Positions 1 through 12,522 are shown, numbered from the stretch's first letter. The stretch is DNA of 64,000 nucleotides from Bigelowiella natans CCMP2755 (GCA_000320545.1 ADNK01001386.1:124001-188000), one strand, 5' to 3'. The notes: generated by a model from the sequence alone, not told the origin. Made by a program: numbers and translations.

Positions 1-1794
1 TCCTCTCAAGCAGCAGCAGCAGCAGCAGTACCTGTGCCGATTGCATTGAATACAGCTTGAAGCACATGATCACAGCATGCATTGTTGACGTCACTGACAG
101 CACTTTGTGGTGCTTTGCCAGAACGTAACCAACCAGACGCATGTACTCGTCTCCCTCCTTCTTGTCTGTGATGATGTATAATTCAAAGGTAATATACTCA
201 AGACGGATGATGTAGACTTAGGGGGGGGGGAAGGGGGGGGGGGGAGGAGTAGTGAAGCCATATTTACTCTCCTTCACTGTATCTGTCTTTTGATGAGGGA
301 AAAGACATGTGAAAATCATTCCTACCCATGCCGAACGCTATGTGCAGGCCTTGTGAGCATACAAGCTCCACGACGGTGTTGAGGGCGTCGGGGTGCATGC
401 TTTCCGAATTCATCTCTCCCAAGTATCTACACGATGAGACAATAAGTAAACAACAGCAGCTATGAGAATAATAATCAAGATCGAAAACGCAGATATAATA
501 AATAAAAGGAATGGAATCATTATCTACCTTTTTTTGTACTAGTATTGCTGCTGCTACTACTACTACTGATATGCCATCATCATCACCACAATCATCATCA
601 TCATCTTTCTCTTTCTCTGCTTCCATTACCTTATCGTGGCTAAAATGACATGGTCTTCTCCGCTCATCAGGCACGACGTCATCGCCGCACCAGTAACAGC
701 GCCTGCAACTAGAGCACCCTGAAGAGGAGGCGGCAATTACAATCCGAAATTGGAAAATGAAGGAATGTGGGGGGGGAGAGGGGAGCCGCAGTGAATGTTT
801 TAATAACATTCTACGACGCGGGGTTCGTGGCGTAAAATACGTTCCGTTGTGAGCTATCATGCATTTTAGTAGTTTTTGTATTCCTTCCTCCCCCCTTACT
901 ACATAGTGTACACCACCACCCACCCTCCTGCGTCTATATCTATAGTGGGTCTTGGGGAGACGACGAGACTAGGAAAACGACGAAAAAGAACCGACGGCGG
1001 CAAGGTTGATCATGGGTGGTGTATATCATGCGGCCGTTTAAGCACCATGTTTTTGGTTGTATATTGTTTTGAAGATCATCAGAAGGGGGGGGGGGTATTA
1101 ATATTATAAGATGATGAAACGATAACAGACGCCAGAATTTGACCCAAACACGCCATTAAATAAACAAAGTCCCCATTGTGCCAGCAGAGCATCAACACGT
1201 CATTTTTGTTGTGATCATTCATCGCGAAGATGGCCGCAGTTCGCGTAAAAGTCGAATTGTCAATAATCTCGCATCCATGCTATTACGCTGTTTTCGCACT
1301 GCTGCTGCTGCTGCTGCTTGTGTCTAGTAGTACTGAGTATATACCCCATCGTTTGTCATTGATTTGAACTTATCCAGAATTGACTTGAAATTCTGAATAG
1401 ACGATGATGACGATGAGGGAGGAGGAGGAGGAGGAGGAGAATTTATATAAGTAAATATACATTTATGAGATCGATCGATTGTTGCACATGGCTTCCCTTC
1501 TTTTACCCCTTTCTAACCCTCGTCTCTTTAATTACCTGTACGAACACTAAGTTAGTTTTCTTGGCCACATCTGCAGACAGTCCAGAAGGGGTCGTCTTGA
1601 CGATGTGAGCTCCTATACACACATAGGTATCAGTTTTCTTGAAGGGAAAAGTCTGCACGACGTGTGTTTCATCGATATTCCCTACAGAACTCGAGATTGG
1701 TAGAAGTAACATCGTAATACCTTGCGGTAAGACTGCGATGTCCTCGTCCAGGGTGAGGCCAACCTACACATGCAGTAGGGATAGTTGTAGCAGT

Positions 1795-1856
<62 letters not shown>

Positions 1857-1999
1857 GTGTTGTTGTGCTAGTCCACGTGGGGAAACAGAGCTCTAATTTT
1901 CATTTAGACAGAAGCATATACGCACGCCATGAGGCTGAATACGTCTTCGTTGCGGTTGCAACCTCCATCAGGGTTTGGCTACTACTACTGCTGCTGCTA

Positions 2000-2031
<32 letters not shown>

Positions 2032-3172
2032 ACTGCAACCACCTGTTGTATAAAAACGCCGGTCGCAGCGGCTCTTTCCACCATGAGCATCATTGGATTG
2101 CTGTCACTGCCCTTCGCACGCACAAACTCGGCGGAGTATTTGCCTTACAAAAAGCACGTTGTGTCGCTGCATGAGAACACTTCGTACGCAAGATGACTAA
2201 TGCCGATAACGCTTCTTCATATTTCTACACCTGTGACGCTATTGGTTACGCTCTCAAAGCCGTATGGCAGGGGCTCCGAGGCAGGTTCGTAGACACCGAT
2301 CGTTGTGATGGGGGTCAGTGCGTTATTGTCCGCGTGCTGGTGGCGGTAGCTCAAAGTAGCCTGTTAAGCCCCAATTATTTATTAGCCATTTGAAAAAAGT
2401 TTACCAGCATCGCCTATCGCCATCATCACCATCGTTTACTATGATCTCCACGGTGAGGGTGGGTAGTGGCATTCTAGTCTTTCATGCAATTCTCAAGACC
2501 TCTCTCTCTTTGCCGCAGAGCAAACTGGGCTTTCCAAGGAATGTTCTTGGAATTAGATTGTACTTCGACTCTTTTGGTAGCTCTTTCTTCGATAGCTATA
2601 AGGGGTGTTACGTGAATTGTTACTACACGTCCTTTTTGTGTGTCGGTAGTAAAATCGTTGCAGTCTCACCAAGCCTCCGCCCCCCTTCCCTCTCTCTCTT
2701 TCTACATTCTTTATTTGCCAATAATCTTTCAGCAGACAACTAACCTTCAATCCAATTTCGTAGATAGGAGCTTTAACTTGACCTTTTGGACCCCAACCCT
2801 TGTTGTCCACCTCGAATAACGAATGCCCCCCGCTCTCTAGATCTGAACCACAAGGACGATGGTGAGGAAAAAGGAATTCGAACAGCAGACAGAGGCTCAT
2901 TGGATTTTTTTGCAGTTGTCTGCGGGATTTCTATATTATTTTTTGCTGATGTTCATAAACGAGTAAGGTGCTCTGTGCCAAAAAGAAAAAGTCCAACTAC
3001 TTATGGTTTCCTGAAGTTCCTTCACGAACTGGGATTTGTAGGGGAGAGATGACGAGAGTGCATCGATCAGGCCTTTCAGCCCTATAGAGCGCACGAATTT
3101 ATTCAAAAGGGGTTATCGTTTTGCACGGAATCGTTGAGCGTTAATTCTCTTACCGTCCTTTGAAGCCGACAT
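1..3172 (-). CDS. Multi-exon protein with several MABP (MVB12-associated beta-prism)-like repeats followed by a helical region; runs off the window's left edge
   Basis: Hand-spliced exons give repeated MABP-like motifs: APIYEIGLK; KYNLIPRTFLGKPSLLCG; TPITTIGVYEPASEPLPYGFESVTNSVTG|KYSAEF; DEDIAVLPQG|NIDETH...KTTPSGLSADVAKK. GT-AG introns are phase-consistent, e.g. the 39-nt intron near 1680-1718. Start ATG (MSASKD) at 3172 is tentative. Confidence 0.65.
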
Positions 3173-3349
3173 TTGACGTTCGTTGCTATCTGCATTCGAG
3201 AATCATCAAGGGGGACAAGGAGGGGGGAGATTATTTCAAATCCGCCTACATATTCCATTTCTAATCTACATTAGAACCGAAATCTTTCAAACAGGACCAA
3301 AGATCTACCACAATCATCGAATCCATAATAACTAGCATTCCGAAAAAAG

Positions 3350-3853
3350 ATGGTAGAATGCTGCCAGTTTGTTGAAATAAAACTGCAAAAGAATGTCGTT
3401 GTTGGTTCAAACCATCCACAGTATGTGGTACAACGCCATACAGGCGTTACATTGGGTGTTGGTTTAGGTAGAGGACAGAGAGGGAGAAGGACCGGGAGGG
3501 GCAGAAACACCTTGGTCAGTCGGCTGTAAGTAGGATTTATCTTCTGCGTCTTAATATATTCTTTGTCGTTCTTCAGAAAAACCGTATTATTTCCGACAGA
3601 AACTTGAATGTAGCGGGGACAACCGGTAATTGACAATGGCACTCAGATATGTGATTAAAACAGATTATGCGACAACCAAAAATATGTCTTTTTCGAGGGA
3701 TCCGGGACGTACCGTTACCACCAAATCGGTGTCGCTGCACACAAAAACGTCTCGCAGACTGTGAGACAGAAATCTCGGAAAATATCGGAAAATAACCCCA
3801 AGAAATGGAGAACCCGGTATTTCATGTATTGTCAACCCTGCGACAACGCGTGA
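3350..3853 (+). CDS. Possible short spliced hypothetical protein
   Basis: Canonical donors at 3526 (GTAAGT) and about 3626 (GTAATT). One splice solution gives KLECSGDNRLCDNQKYVFFEGSGTYRYHQIGVAAH...YCQPCDNA*. No family recognised and the 5' end is unresolved. Confidence 0.25.
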
Positions 3854-3983
3854 AGTAGGTCTCACAATAAGAATGCCCACCAATTCTGACAAATCAGGAA
3901 TCCTAGGAAATCCTCGCAGGAATTTACGAATTGATGGGTGCACAGTGATAATAATGATGGTCGACTGACAAGCGGAGGTGCTC

Positions 3984-4347
3984 ATGACAATGCAGGGATC
4001 GCGTGGTGGCCGGAGCCCCATTTTCTTCTTGCTGGTTATGAGTTCATCCTTAGGGTTCCATCAACAGGATAGGGATGCTCTCGAAGGAGAGACACCGGCG
4101 ATTGTCGCTTTTTATGAGACTTTCAGTGAGGCTACGTCGGTGGACAGCAGAGTAGTGGTGAGCTCCAATTCTAAAATCGACGCTTCCCGAGCACGTCTGG
4201 AACTTGGAGGACATTGTGAAGTAGTTAATCTAGACGGGGAGGCGTGGCTTGAAGCGGAGCAGCTGTACGGACCGTGTCAATTTCACGCCTCATTAAGGTG
4301 AATCGAACGTGCTTTGGAACTACTCGATCCTTGTGGTTAATTTGGCA

Positions 4348-4385
<38 letters not shown>

Positions 4386-6067
4386 TCATAAACTTAGGAA
4401 CCAAAATATTCATCGCAGTTGCTTTTGATTTTTTGCATGTCTCCCATTTGTAAGGCTTCGTAACGTGTGCCGAGGCCAGCTTAGAATAGCTGTGGGATCA
4501 TCGGGAGAGCTCGAGCCGCAAGACTATTTCTTTGGTATGGATGCGTATGAACAAAGATTGAGAAATTGAAATATGTTTTCTGTGATACTTCAACGTTTGT
4601 TTGATTGCGTCTTCACCATCTAGGTACTTACTCCGTCGATATGCACTCCCCCGTTGTCTGGCAGCAGCTACGTGATGATTTTTCCAATGGTGTATACTCT
4701 TCAGAACTCCTCTCGTTTGAGAAGTATAATAATGAGGGAGGAGAAAGAACATTGTTCTCCATTCGTCTGCAGGTGGAGCTTATGGCTGGAGGGTTCCAAA
4801 AGGAGGAGGGCAAAGAAAGCATCAGATTCACAAATCTTACTTTCGAGGCGTATCCTTGTAGCATCATCAACGAGAATGGCAAAAACGATGGAGCGGCTAG
4901 CATGAATATATCATCGTCAAAAAGCATCACCTTGAGATTGTTTTTCTCCTCTGTCTTCCTTCTTCGTAGTATTAGCTTGTCAGGCACAAGCTCATCACCT
5001 ATGGCGATAGTTTATACGCTTGTTATAGGAGCGATTGCTACAGCCCTAATATTACGATTCTTCCGCGTCCCTCAGCATTCCCATGCTGAAGCAATGAAGA
5101 TAGATCAGAAGAAGATAGAAAAGGCAGAAAAGATTTATAGAAAGGGGGTGGGGAAGAAGTCGGGGAATGAGGGTGGGCAGGATGCAAGCAAGGAAATGAT
5201 TCATGGAGAAAATGACGACCGAGACGCAACTCCTACCAGATTCGTACGCAGCATGAGCTCTCATGTACCATTTGTCGTGAAGTCTGATGAGCATATGGCA
5301 GGACAGGTGCGGGCAGATAATCATAGCCCGGCCAGCGATTCTCGGGGGGGGGACGAGCGCGTACCGTTGGTCCCCCGAGCAGTGAGTACTGACCTTAACA
5401 GTACGCGGTCTTATCATCGTAATCACCATCATCATCATTCGCCAAAAAGTAGCCGTGACCACGACACCTTATTAGACCAGTGGTGGCATATGAACCCAAA
5501 GTCTGTACAGTTCAAGGAGTGCATCGGCTCTGGCCACTTTGGGGACGCATGGCGCGCTCGATGGAAGCATGAGGACGTCGTCATTAAGACTCTGCGAGTG
5601 GAAAAATGGACGCCTCAACTCATAGCCGGCTTTAGGTATTAGTTTTGTAAATAAGACGCCTAAATTTTGCTGTTACCTCCCCTGCCGACTCTATCATCAC
5701 CCACCTCCTACTTGCTCGGTGATCCCTGTCTAAGCTGTGATAAATGCAACTTCATATATGTTACATATCTGTAAAATTATGTGTACGCAGGGAGGAGGTT
5801 CGTCTCCTGGCTCGACTTTCCAACCATCCTCGCATCGTTCGGTTTTGTGGCGCTGTGACAGTTCCGCCCACGCTCATGCTGGCCACACAGCTGATGCCAT
5901 TCGGCAGCGTCTATGACAGGCTAATTAAACCAGGCTATCGGCTATTGTTGGGGAGAGAAGTAGCAGCAGGAGAAGAAGCCGATGGATGGGGAGGAGGAGG
6001 TGAAGGGGCAAGGGGTAGATTCTCCACTTCAAGGGTGCCGCGGTCCTCGTCGTCTTCTCACTCGACG

Positions 6068-6099
<32 letters not shown>

Positions 6100-7359
6100 C
6101 CTGATGAGTCCGTCAATGGTGCTGCGAGTGATGCACGATGGGGCTGTGGGCCTCTATCACCTCCACAGCCATTCTGCAGACCCAGTTACACACTGTGATG
6201 TGGCTGCTAGGAACTTATTGCTGGATGCAAACATGCGCGCGTACGGTTCAATCATACAACTAAGCACTGACATGTCCCTCTTTCATCTTCAAATATGAAG
6301 TGAAATTACACATAGCTTCAATAACTGCTGCTACTACTGCTACTATCACTACCACTACTATGCGCCTGGGACATTAGTTCAAGGTCATAAACTTTCTATG
6401 TTTTTCCTGTTTTTCCTTGTTGTGGGTTATAGGTACTTGTCCGACTTTGGCATGGCAAGGGTGATCATCAGGCACAGCAACGATAGCAAAACAGGGCAAG
6501 GAAGAAGGAAAGGCTGCGAGGAAGGGAATGAGGAGGCATCATCATCTCCTCCTACTAGTTCGTTGGTTATTCCTTATCCCTGGTCCGCTCCAGAGACTCT
6601 TTCGAAACTTGAATTCTCCATTGCTTCGGACGTGTACATGTTCGGCTGCATGATGTATGAGATCGTATTCCAGACAAAGCCTTGGCGGCATAAGCCTTCA
6701 GCAAAGGAGGTCGTCGTCACGTGAGGAGAGGGAAAGGAAAATAGTTAGGATGAAGCGTGTGGTGGTGTCAGACTTCTTGTGCTGCTTTCGCGTGGAGTTT
6801 ACTCTCTGCTTACTACAAGCACAGTGTGTATACTTGTAAGAATGAGAAAAAGAAGGTGGGGAATCACTAGATAACTGATGAACCTGTTTTGTTTCTATTT
6901 CCCCTCTCTCATCCTGAAGGTGCGAAAGAGCGTTCTGAAAGGCGCCCGGCCCCCAATGCCTCCTCCTTCCTATAATATTAAAGAAAAAATCGTCCATTCA
7001 TCGCAATTTAAGCGCAGATCTTCTTCCAATTCTACAAGGACTGCTTTGTGCGATTATCTTCTGCAGGATACGATTGCCACCAAATCTTCTTCCCTGTCGC
7101 CTCCGAGCACACCTCGGAAAGTTACATCATTTTATGGCTTTCCGCAGCAATTGGCCGCTCTGATCCAAGCATGCTGGGCATCTGATCCGGCGGAAAGGCC
7201 TAATATGCATGCTGTCACCGTGGCATTAGGGGAAATGCTTCGAGATGCCAAACACTTTGAACAGCACGGTTATACTAGCAATTTTTGTACTGATGGTAAT
7301 GATGATGAGTAGGAGGGCTAGAATACATGCGCATATGTGAGTCCTCTCTCTCTCTCTCT

Positions 7360-7422
<63 letters not shown>

Positions 7423-7915
7423 TGTACTCGTATGTTCGTACATTTTTTCGTGTGTGCAGCTAAAAGCAGTGAGTGATACTTTTTTATGCCTGGTGATGGG
7501 AAACGGATTGTTGTATTGCAACGTTCGATGGGATCATCTGACCTGCTGCAATACATACGAAGGCATTGGTGAATACACGAAAAACAAAGATACGAAGTTG
7601 GGAGAGGAGGATACAGTAGGAGGAAGAATACAAGCGAATACAAAATCTTCTGTAATGGATAATGATGAGGATGGGGCAACTTACGGTACTATGAACTTCA
7701 AAGACTTCGGTAACATTCACCGTAATGAAATGGAAGCAGCGCGTCATGATGGTGCAGATTCTTCATTTTCTATTACAAGGATGCTAAAGAGAAACAAAAT
7801 TCCTCCGAATTTGCGACAGAGATCGATTAATAGATTATTAGATGGTGCTTGCGACGAAGAGTACGAAGCATACGCTAAGCTCTCCTCGTGCAATGAAGAC
7901 TTCAATGATGAATAA
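3984..7915 (+). CDS. Single-pass receptor protein kinase, TKL/tyrosine-kinase-like
   Basis: Signal-peptide-like MTMQGSRGGRSPIFFLLVMSSSLG; in-frame spliced ectodomain (ASLR|IAVGSSGELEPQDYFFG|TYSVDMH); TM MAIVYTLVIGAIATALILRFF starting at 5001. Kinase motifs IGSGHFG, VVIK, HCDVAARN, DFG, PYPWSAPE, SDVYMFG, CWASDPAERP. The C-terminal tail 7563-7915 is joined by a predicted intron 7296-7562; otherwise the stop is at 7312. Confidence 0.85.
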
Positions 7916-8199
7916 AAAACGACGTAGCGGTCGCTACATGCTAAATTTAGACATCAGGAACATCCGTCCGGGCGGATGGAGAAACATAATAAAGCTTACA
8001 TTGCTAGATGGGACAGCGCTAGAGCGCATGCTATATAGGGACTTAGAAGTCCATACGTGTACGCGTGTATGTAAACACATGTACCCATACTTCATGTTGT
8101 TGTGCACTAGAAAAAGCACACGTGCTCTTTTTGGCACATATGAGGTGAAAGGTACATGTGAACTATTATTCGATACACATGTCACAGACACATACACGC

Positions 8200-8700
8200 A
8201 CAGTGTACTCTAGCACTTATTATAAGTCCATGTAGCTAGCATGCGCTGTGGCCCTGAAGCAGTCGATCTCTTTCTGTGCAAGGTGCACAACTATACAACA
8301 GTATATATACGTATACAGTGACAACAACATATGCATGCATGGTGTACACACAACATTGCCTATAGTTGACAATGGCGTTGCGTGTTGTCTAGCTAGCTAG
8401 CTAGCTAGTATGTGCACGACAAGTGCATGGTCCACACGTCCACACACCATCTAGCCATCATCGATTGTCATGCTGTGTGCGCATCATGACATAATGCACT
8501 ATACTGCTGCGATGTGATCATATGTTACACAACTGACAATGATGGATGGACACGTACAGCAACATCATGTGTGTCACATGCAATATAGCGCATGCATTAC
8601 ATGTCCATCATTTACATGCATGCGTCTTATCTATACTTACGTACTAGCTAGCTAGAGACTAGCTGTGTGAGATGTATACGTGCGATGCACATGGGCTAAA
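8200..8700. other. Purine/pyrimidine-alternating, palindrome-rich convergent spacer (kinase / E2)
   Basis: Dense TAGCTAGCTAGCTAGCTA, ATGCATGCAT, GTAC and CATG words; no coding signal. Confidence 0.6.
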
Positions 8701-8866
8701 CGGAACAGAGCTCCGAAGCCATAGTCTTGTAGCCATTATTAGTGCATTAGTCATTTCATTCATAACTAAATTTCAAGTTGTGTCGCACCCTTCGGGGAGC
8801 GGAAGGGTGCTCAAAAACTTATGATTTTTTACATGTATGTGCTTGCAAAGCCACCTCGAAAACGCA

Positions 8867-9471
8867 TTAACTAGCGTATTCTTCGACCCACTTTGCTGCA
8901 GTTGACTTGAATTTTTCCATATCCTCTTGCATGCATTTAGCTACTTCGGAGTTGATTGCATCTCCACAGTCTGGGTTGTTGATCAGATCAATGATAAATT
9001 GAATGACCGATTTCGCGTTCATACTGGAGCTCCAGGTGTCTTTCAGACCCTGAAAGCATATCTGCCCCTTGGAGTCTATGTTCGGATGGTAAATCTGGAT
9101 AGGTGGCTGATTTAACCTCTTAAATTATCGATGAAACAAGTTTACACCTACCTTAGTGCTACATTTGATCTTCTTTGGAGGGTGTCCGGGATATGTATCA
9201 GGAAACTCAACATTGAAGAAGAACATGCCACTCTCGTATGGAGTACCGTCCTGTAGTGTGATCGAAACAAACCTTTAGAGCAGGTGCCCCCTGTTTACAG
9301 TTTTTATCTCTAGTTCGAAAAAAATACAGGTACCTTGCCGAATATCAAGATTTGCCAGTGCAAGGGCTTTTTATCTTCCAGAGGGTCGGAAATCTCGAAC
9401 TCTTCACTCTCCTGGTTTTTGAGTTTGTTATACTCTCCCATCAAAGTTTTCTCTGCCTCGTTCATTGACAT
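8867..9471 (-). CDS. Ubiquitin-conjugating enzyme E2 (UBE2D/UBE2L3-like)
   Basis: Three exons: MSMNEAEKTLMGEYNKL...HWQILIFGK|DGTPYESGMFFFNVEFPDTYPGHPPKKIKCSTK|IYHPNIDSKGQICFQGLKDTWSSS...AAKWVEEYAS*. The HPN motif and catalytic Cys are present. Confidence 0.93.
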
Positions 9472-9539
9472 TTTCGGGCTGTTGCATATAAATTTGATAG
9501 GTTAGATTACGAACATGAACATGGACATGACTTGTTCGA

Positions 9540-10340
9540 ATGGAAAACAAGGTAGCAGAATTCTATTGGTGGATTTAGTTCGCGTTCGGGGGGTGCTACT
9601 CACTCTTTAAAGCTTTTTGCTTTCTGATTCGCAAGAGGGTCTTAAGTATAAGAAATCATCAATAAAACTGTACTACGTTAATTGTTGAGACAACAACATC
9701 TACATGTCTCGTAGGATATTTCTTATTCATTTTCTGGCTTACTTAAAGTTGAATGTGCGGATATTTTCACTCTCTGCCATTTTCAGTACTATTTTGGCGA
9801 AAGAATAAAGAAAGAAATTTACGGATATCAGTACATATTTCTCTTGCGTCTATCTGAATCGAGTTTAACATATGAAATATCTGGTTAATTTCGAGATTTG
9901 CAAATACGAATTACGTTTCTTGTCAGATTCATTCCTGATCTTACCGCAAAGCAAATTGCGAGCGTTGCGATGATTCTCAGCTATTTATTTATTCCTGGGC
10001 GATCCTACAATGAGGTCCCAGCACTGAAATCATGGTATGTTTTGTAAATATTTTGCACATTTTAAGCGATTTTGATGTAAAAATGTCTATGGGAATGCCT
10101 GCAACGAGATCAGTATCAAACTGAACTTCGGTCACCATGTCGCAGATTTGCTTTAGGGTGAAGTTCTTTGGTTCATTACAAAATGCCTGGAATTTAGGTC
10201 TGCTTTTACCCCAATCAGCAGATAATGATAAAAATCCACCTACGATCAGATTCAAATGACAAGGATATTCAGACTTAGCCTATCCCGATTCTAGTCGCAA
10301 AAACAAACAAGACCATTTTACGAGGAGTGAGAAGAACTAG
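9540..10340 (+). CDS. Small (about 110 aa) hypothetical protein with one hydrophobic segment
   Basis: Phase-consistent chain of short GT-AG introns gives MENK|GLKYKKSSIKLYY|DISYSFSGLLK|YYFGERIKKEIYGYQ|FIPDLTAKQIASVAMILSYLFIPGRSYNEVPALKSW|VKFFGSLQNAWNL|DLAYPDSSRKNKQDHFTRSEKN*. No family recognised. Confidence 0.45.
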
Positions 10341-10399
10341 ATCTACTCATATTACTGTATTTATTAGTCATGCATGTATGAGGGTAGTAAAACCATGAT

Positions 10400-10793
10400 G
10401 ATCTCACAAATGATATGTCGCAGGATATAACTCCCATAAAGAAATCCTTGCGACATCACAGTCGGATACAGATGTGCTGAATTTTGTTGCACATTGTAAC
10501 TTCTGAGAGCCTAGAGATTTGAGGCATTCATGCTTCACTCAGAATGCTGAAACAGCCACCTCCATTGTGAGTACTCATCGCACGGTAACCAATCAGATGC
10601 AATGTTTTGGTGGCCCACAGTTGCTCTGGGCAAGGATCAAGAATGGGGGAAGATTATTCAGAATGTTTTCCGGCAACAACTGGGAGCATACTAGAACTTC
10701 ATCTGAGGGAGTACTGGCTCTTAGATCGCTGTCGTCGTACCTCTTGGCTATTCCATAAAGGTATTGAACGAAATATAGACCAGATATAAACAT
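10400..10793 (-). CDS. Possible small spliced gene, unresolved
   Basis: Short open frames (GIAKRYDDSDLRASTPSDEVL; ALRSYNVQQNSAHLYPTVMSQGFLYG) lie between a small palindromic spacer near 10365-10385 and the Mpv17 start. No consistent model was built. Confidence 0.2.
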
Positions 10794-10845
10794 TTGTAAA
10801 TATTTTACTGATGCCTACGCCGGCTTAGCAAAACCGCAAACATAC

Positions 10846-10892
10846 ATGAGCAAGCACATAAACAAGTATTTGTCTTACCCTACAACTTAGAC

Positions 10893-10932
<40 letters not shown>

Positions 10933-12478
10933 TGTGTTGAGCTAAAACACGTATAAAGTTTGAGATGGATGTGTATACTAATTCCAGGTATCCATTCCGA
11001 TTCGCTTGCATTTTTACAAGTTTCAAGACCTGTTCTGCGGATATTCTCGTCCAAAAGTTTATGGAGGGGGCTGAGGTGAGCCATAGATCGATAGATAAAA
11101 TTCTTAAGAAGGGGGATCAGGTAGGAGGGGGGTGGATACATCAATGAGAAGATAAACCGGAAGAAGCTGAGATGAGTACATTTGTCCGCGAATTGGTTGT
11201 TTTGCTGATAGATAAGATTGGGAGGAGGGGGATGCGTTAGCTCACCAAAGATAACAACTATTGTGACAATTCCCAGAACGTAAATTGGAGACGATCCGCT
11301 GTATTTTCTACATTTGGCTTCTTCTACCAGGGCGCCTTCCAGTACTCGATAATGACCGAATAGCTTCCAATTATTATCTTCTGTATTGTATCTCACTAGA
11401 TTTTAAACTAGCACCCTACAACCAACTCAGGTATATTGTATTAATCCATATCGTGGCAAAACGGCTACTCCCTAATGCAGGTACTTGTCACATCAATAAA
11501 TAATGCGTACGAACTAGTTAAGTGTCGTGCTACTTCCTAATTTCCTTTCTAAGCCCTTGCCTACCACATATTTAATTTCGACGACAACAATGCCACAATA
11601 TAACTATCATCAGCCAAGTACGCGGCTCTACCCATAAGGGAAAAGATCAAGGACCTTAATGGGAGCTTGCAGTTGCTTGCGTACTGTCACTAATACTAAT
11701 ACTACTGCTGCTGCTGCTGCTGCTGCTGTTAAAACCACCGAGTAAACAACGAGCAACACGAAAAATAACAACAACAACAAACCATATGATGAATTACTTT
11801 ATCATGCGAATTGTCCAATTCGATCTGCTCAATAGCACTTTCTCTATAACTACGATTCACGCAGCAGAGATAATACATTTAAAATATGGGATTGGTACAC
11901 TAAAACATATATTTACACACACATTCATTTATAATCTGAACATATATGCTCCTCTTCATATTTAGGCAAGTTGGTATAGCGAACTTCATCATGGATCCCT
12001 TCTTCTGTCTTCCTACCTACTACATTACGAAAGAGGTGGTCGTTGTGACGATGATGATGATCATGCAACTAGTTAGATGTAGTAATGATAAACCCACTGG
12101 ACGCACGCCCTCATCATCGTCATTTGCTCTGTTGGTGTATACATACAGGCGATTTTGGGGGGCATGGAATCAACAGCAGAATCGGGCCAAAACCGTATCA
12201 AGAACGCCTTGCTTAAGTATTTACAACGAGAAGAAATTAATGCACGCATGGACGCCCTCTCTTCCCACATACACTAACACGTGTTTAAACTGCTACTACT
12301 ACTACTACTACTACTACTACTATACTACTGCACTACATCCTTTTGTAGCACACCATACGCTTGCTATGTCATGATGACAGCAGGTCTCATCCAAGAAACA
12401 CTTGTATGCATTAATCTTCGCTTAAAATTATCCGCAGATATAAGGAGAATGCCCAAGAAGATCTGATAACATCGTACG

Positions 12479-12522
<44 letters not shown>

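Noticed and set aside
1929-2393. Plus-strand HHWIAVTALRTHKLGG resembling an N-acetyltransferase, with apparent TGA readthrough
   Set aside because: It is the antisense shadow of MABP exons; no other acetyltransferase motifs are present.
3440-3530. In-frame TAG suggesting a non-standard genetic code
   Set aside because: All confident genes end at TAA/TAG/TGA, and internal stops elsewhere are explained by introns.
7337-7440. ORF-track proteins with SLSLSL, VCVCVC, THTHTH, ERERER or poly-L/Y runs (here and throughout)
   Set aside because: These are translations of microsatellites, not genes.
9989-10255. Minus-strand ORF as an N-terminal extension of the E2
   Set aside because: The E2 is complete from 9471, and a phase-consistent plus-strand model explains this region better.
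10887-11396. 169-aa minus-strand ORF that looks like a membrane protein
   Set aside because: It is antisense to Mpv17/PMP22 exons that splice cleanly on the plus strand.
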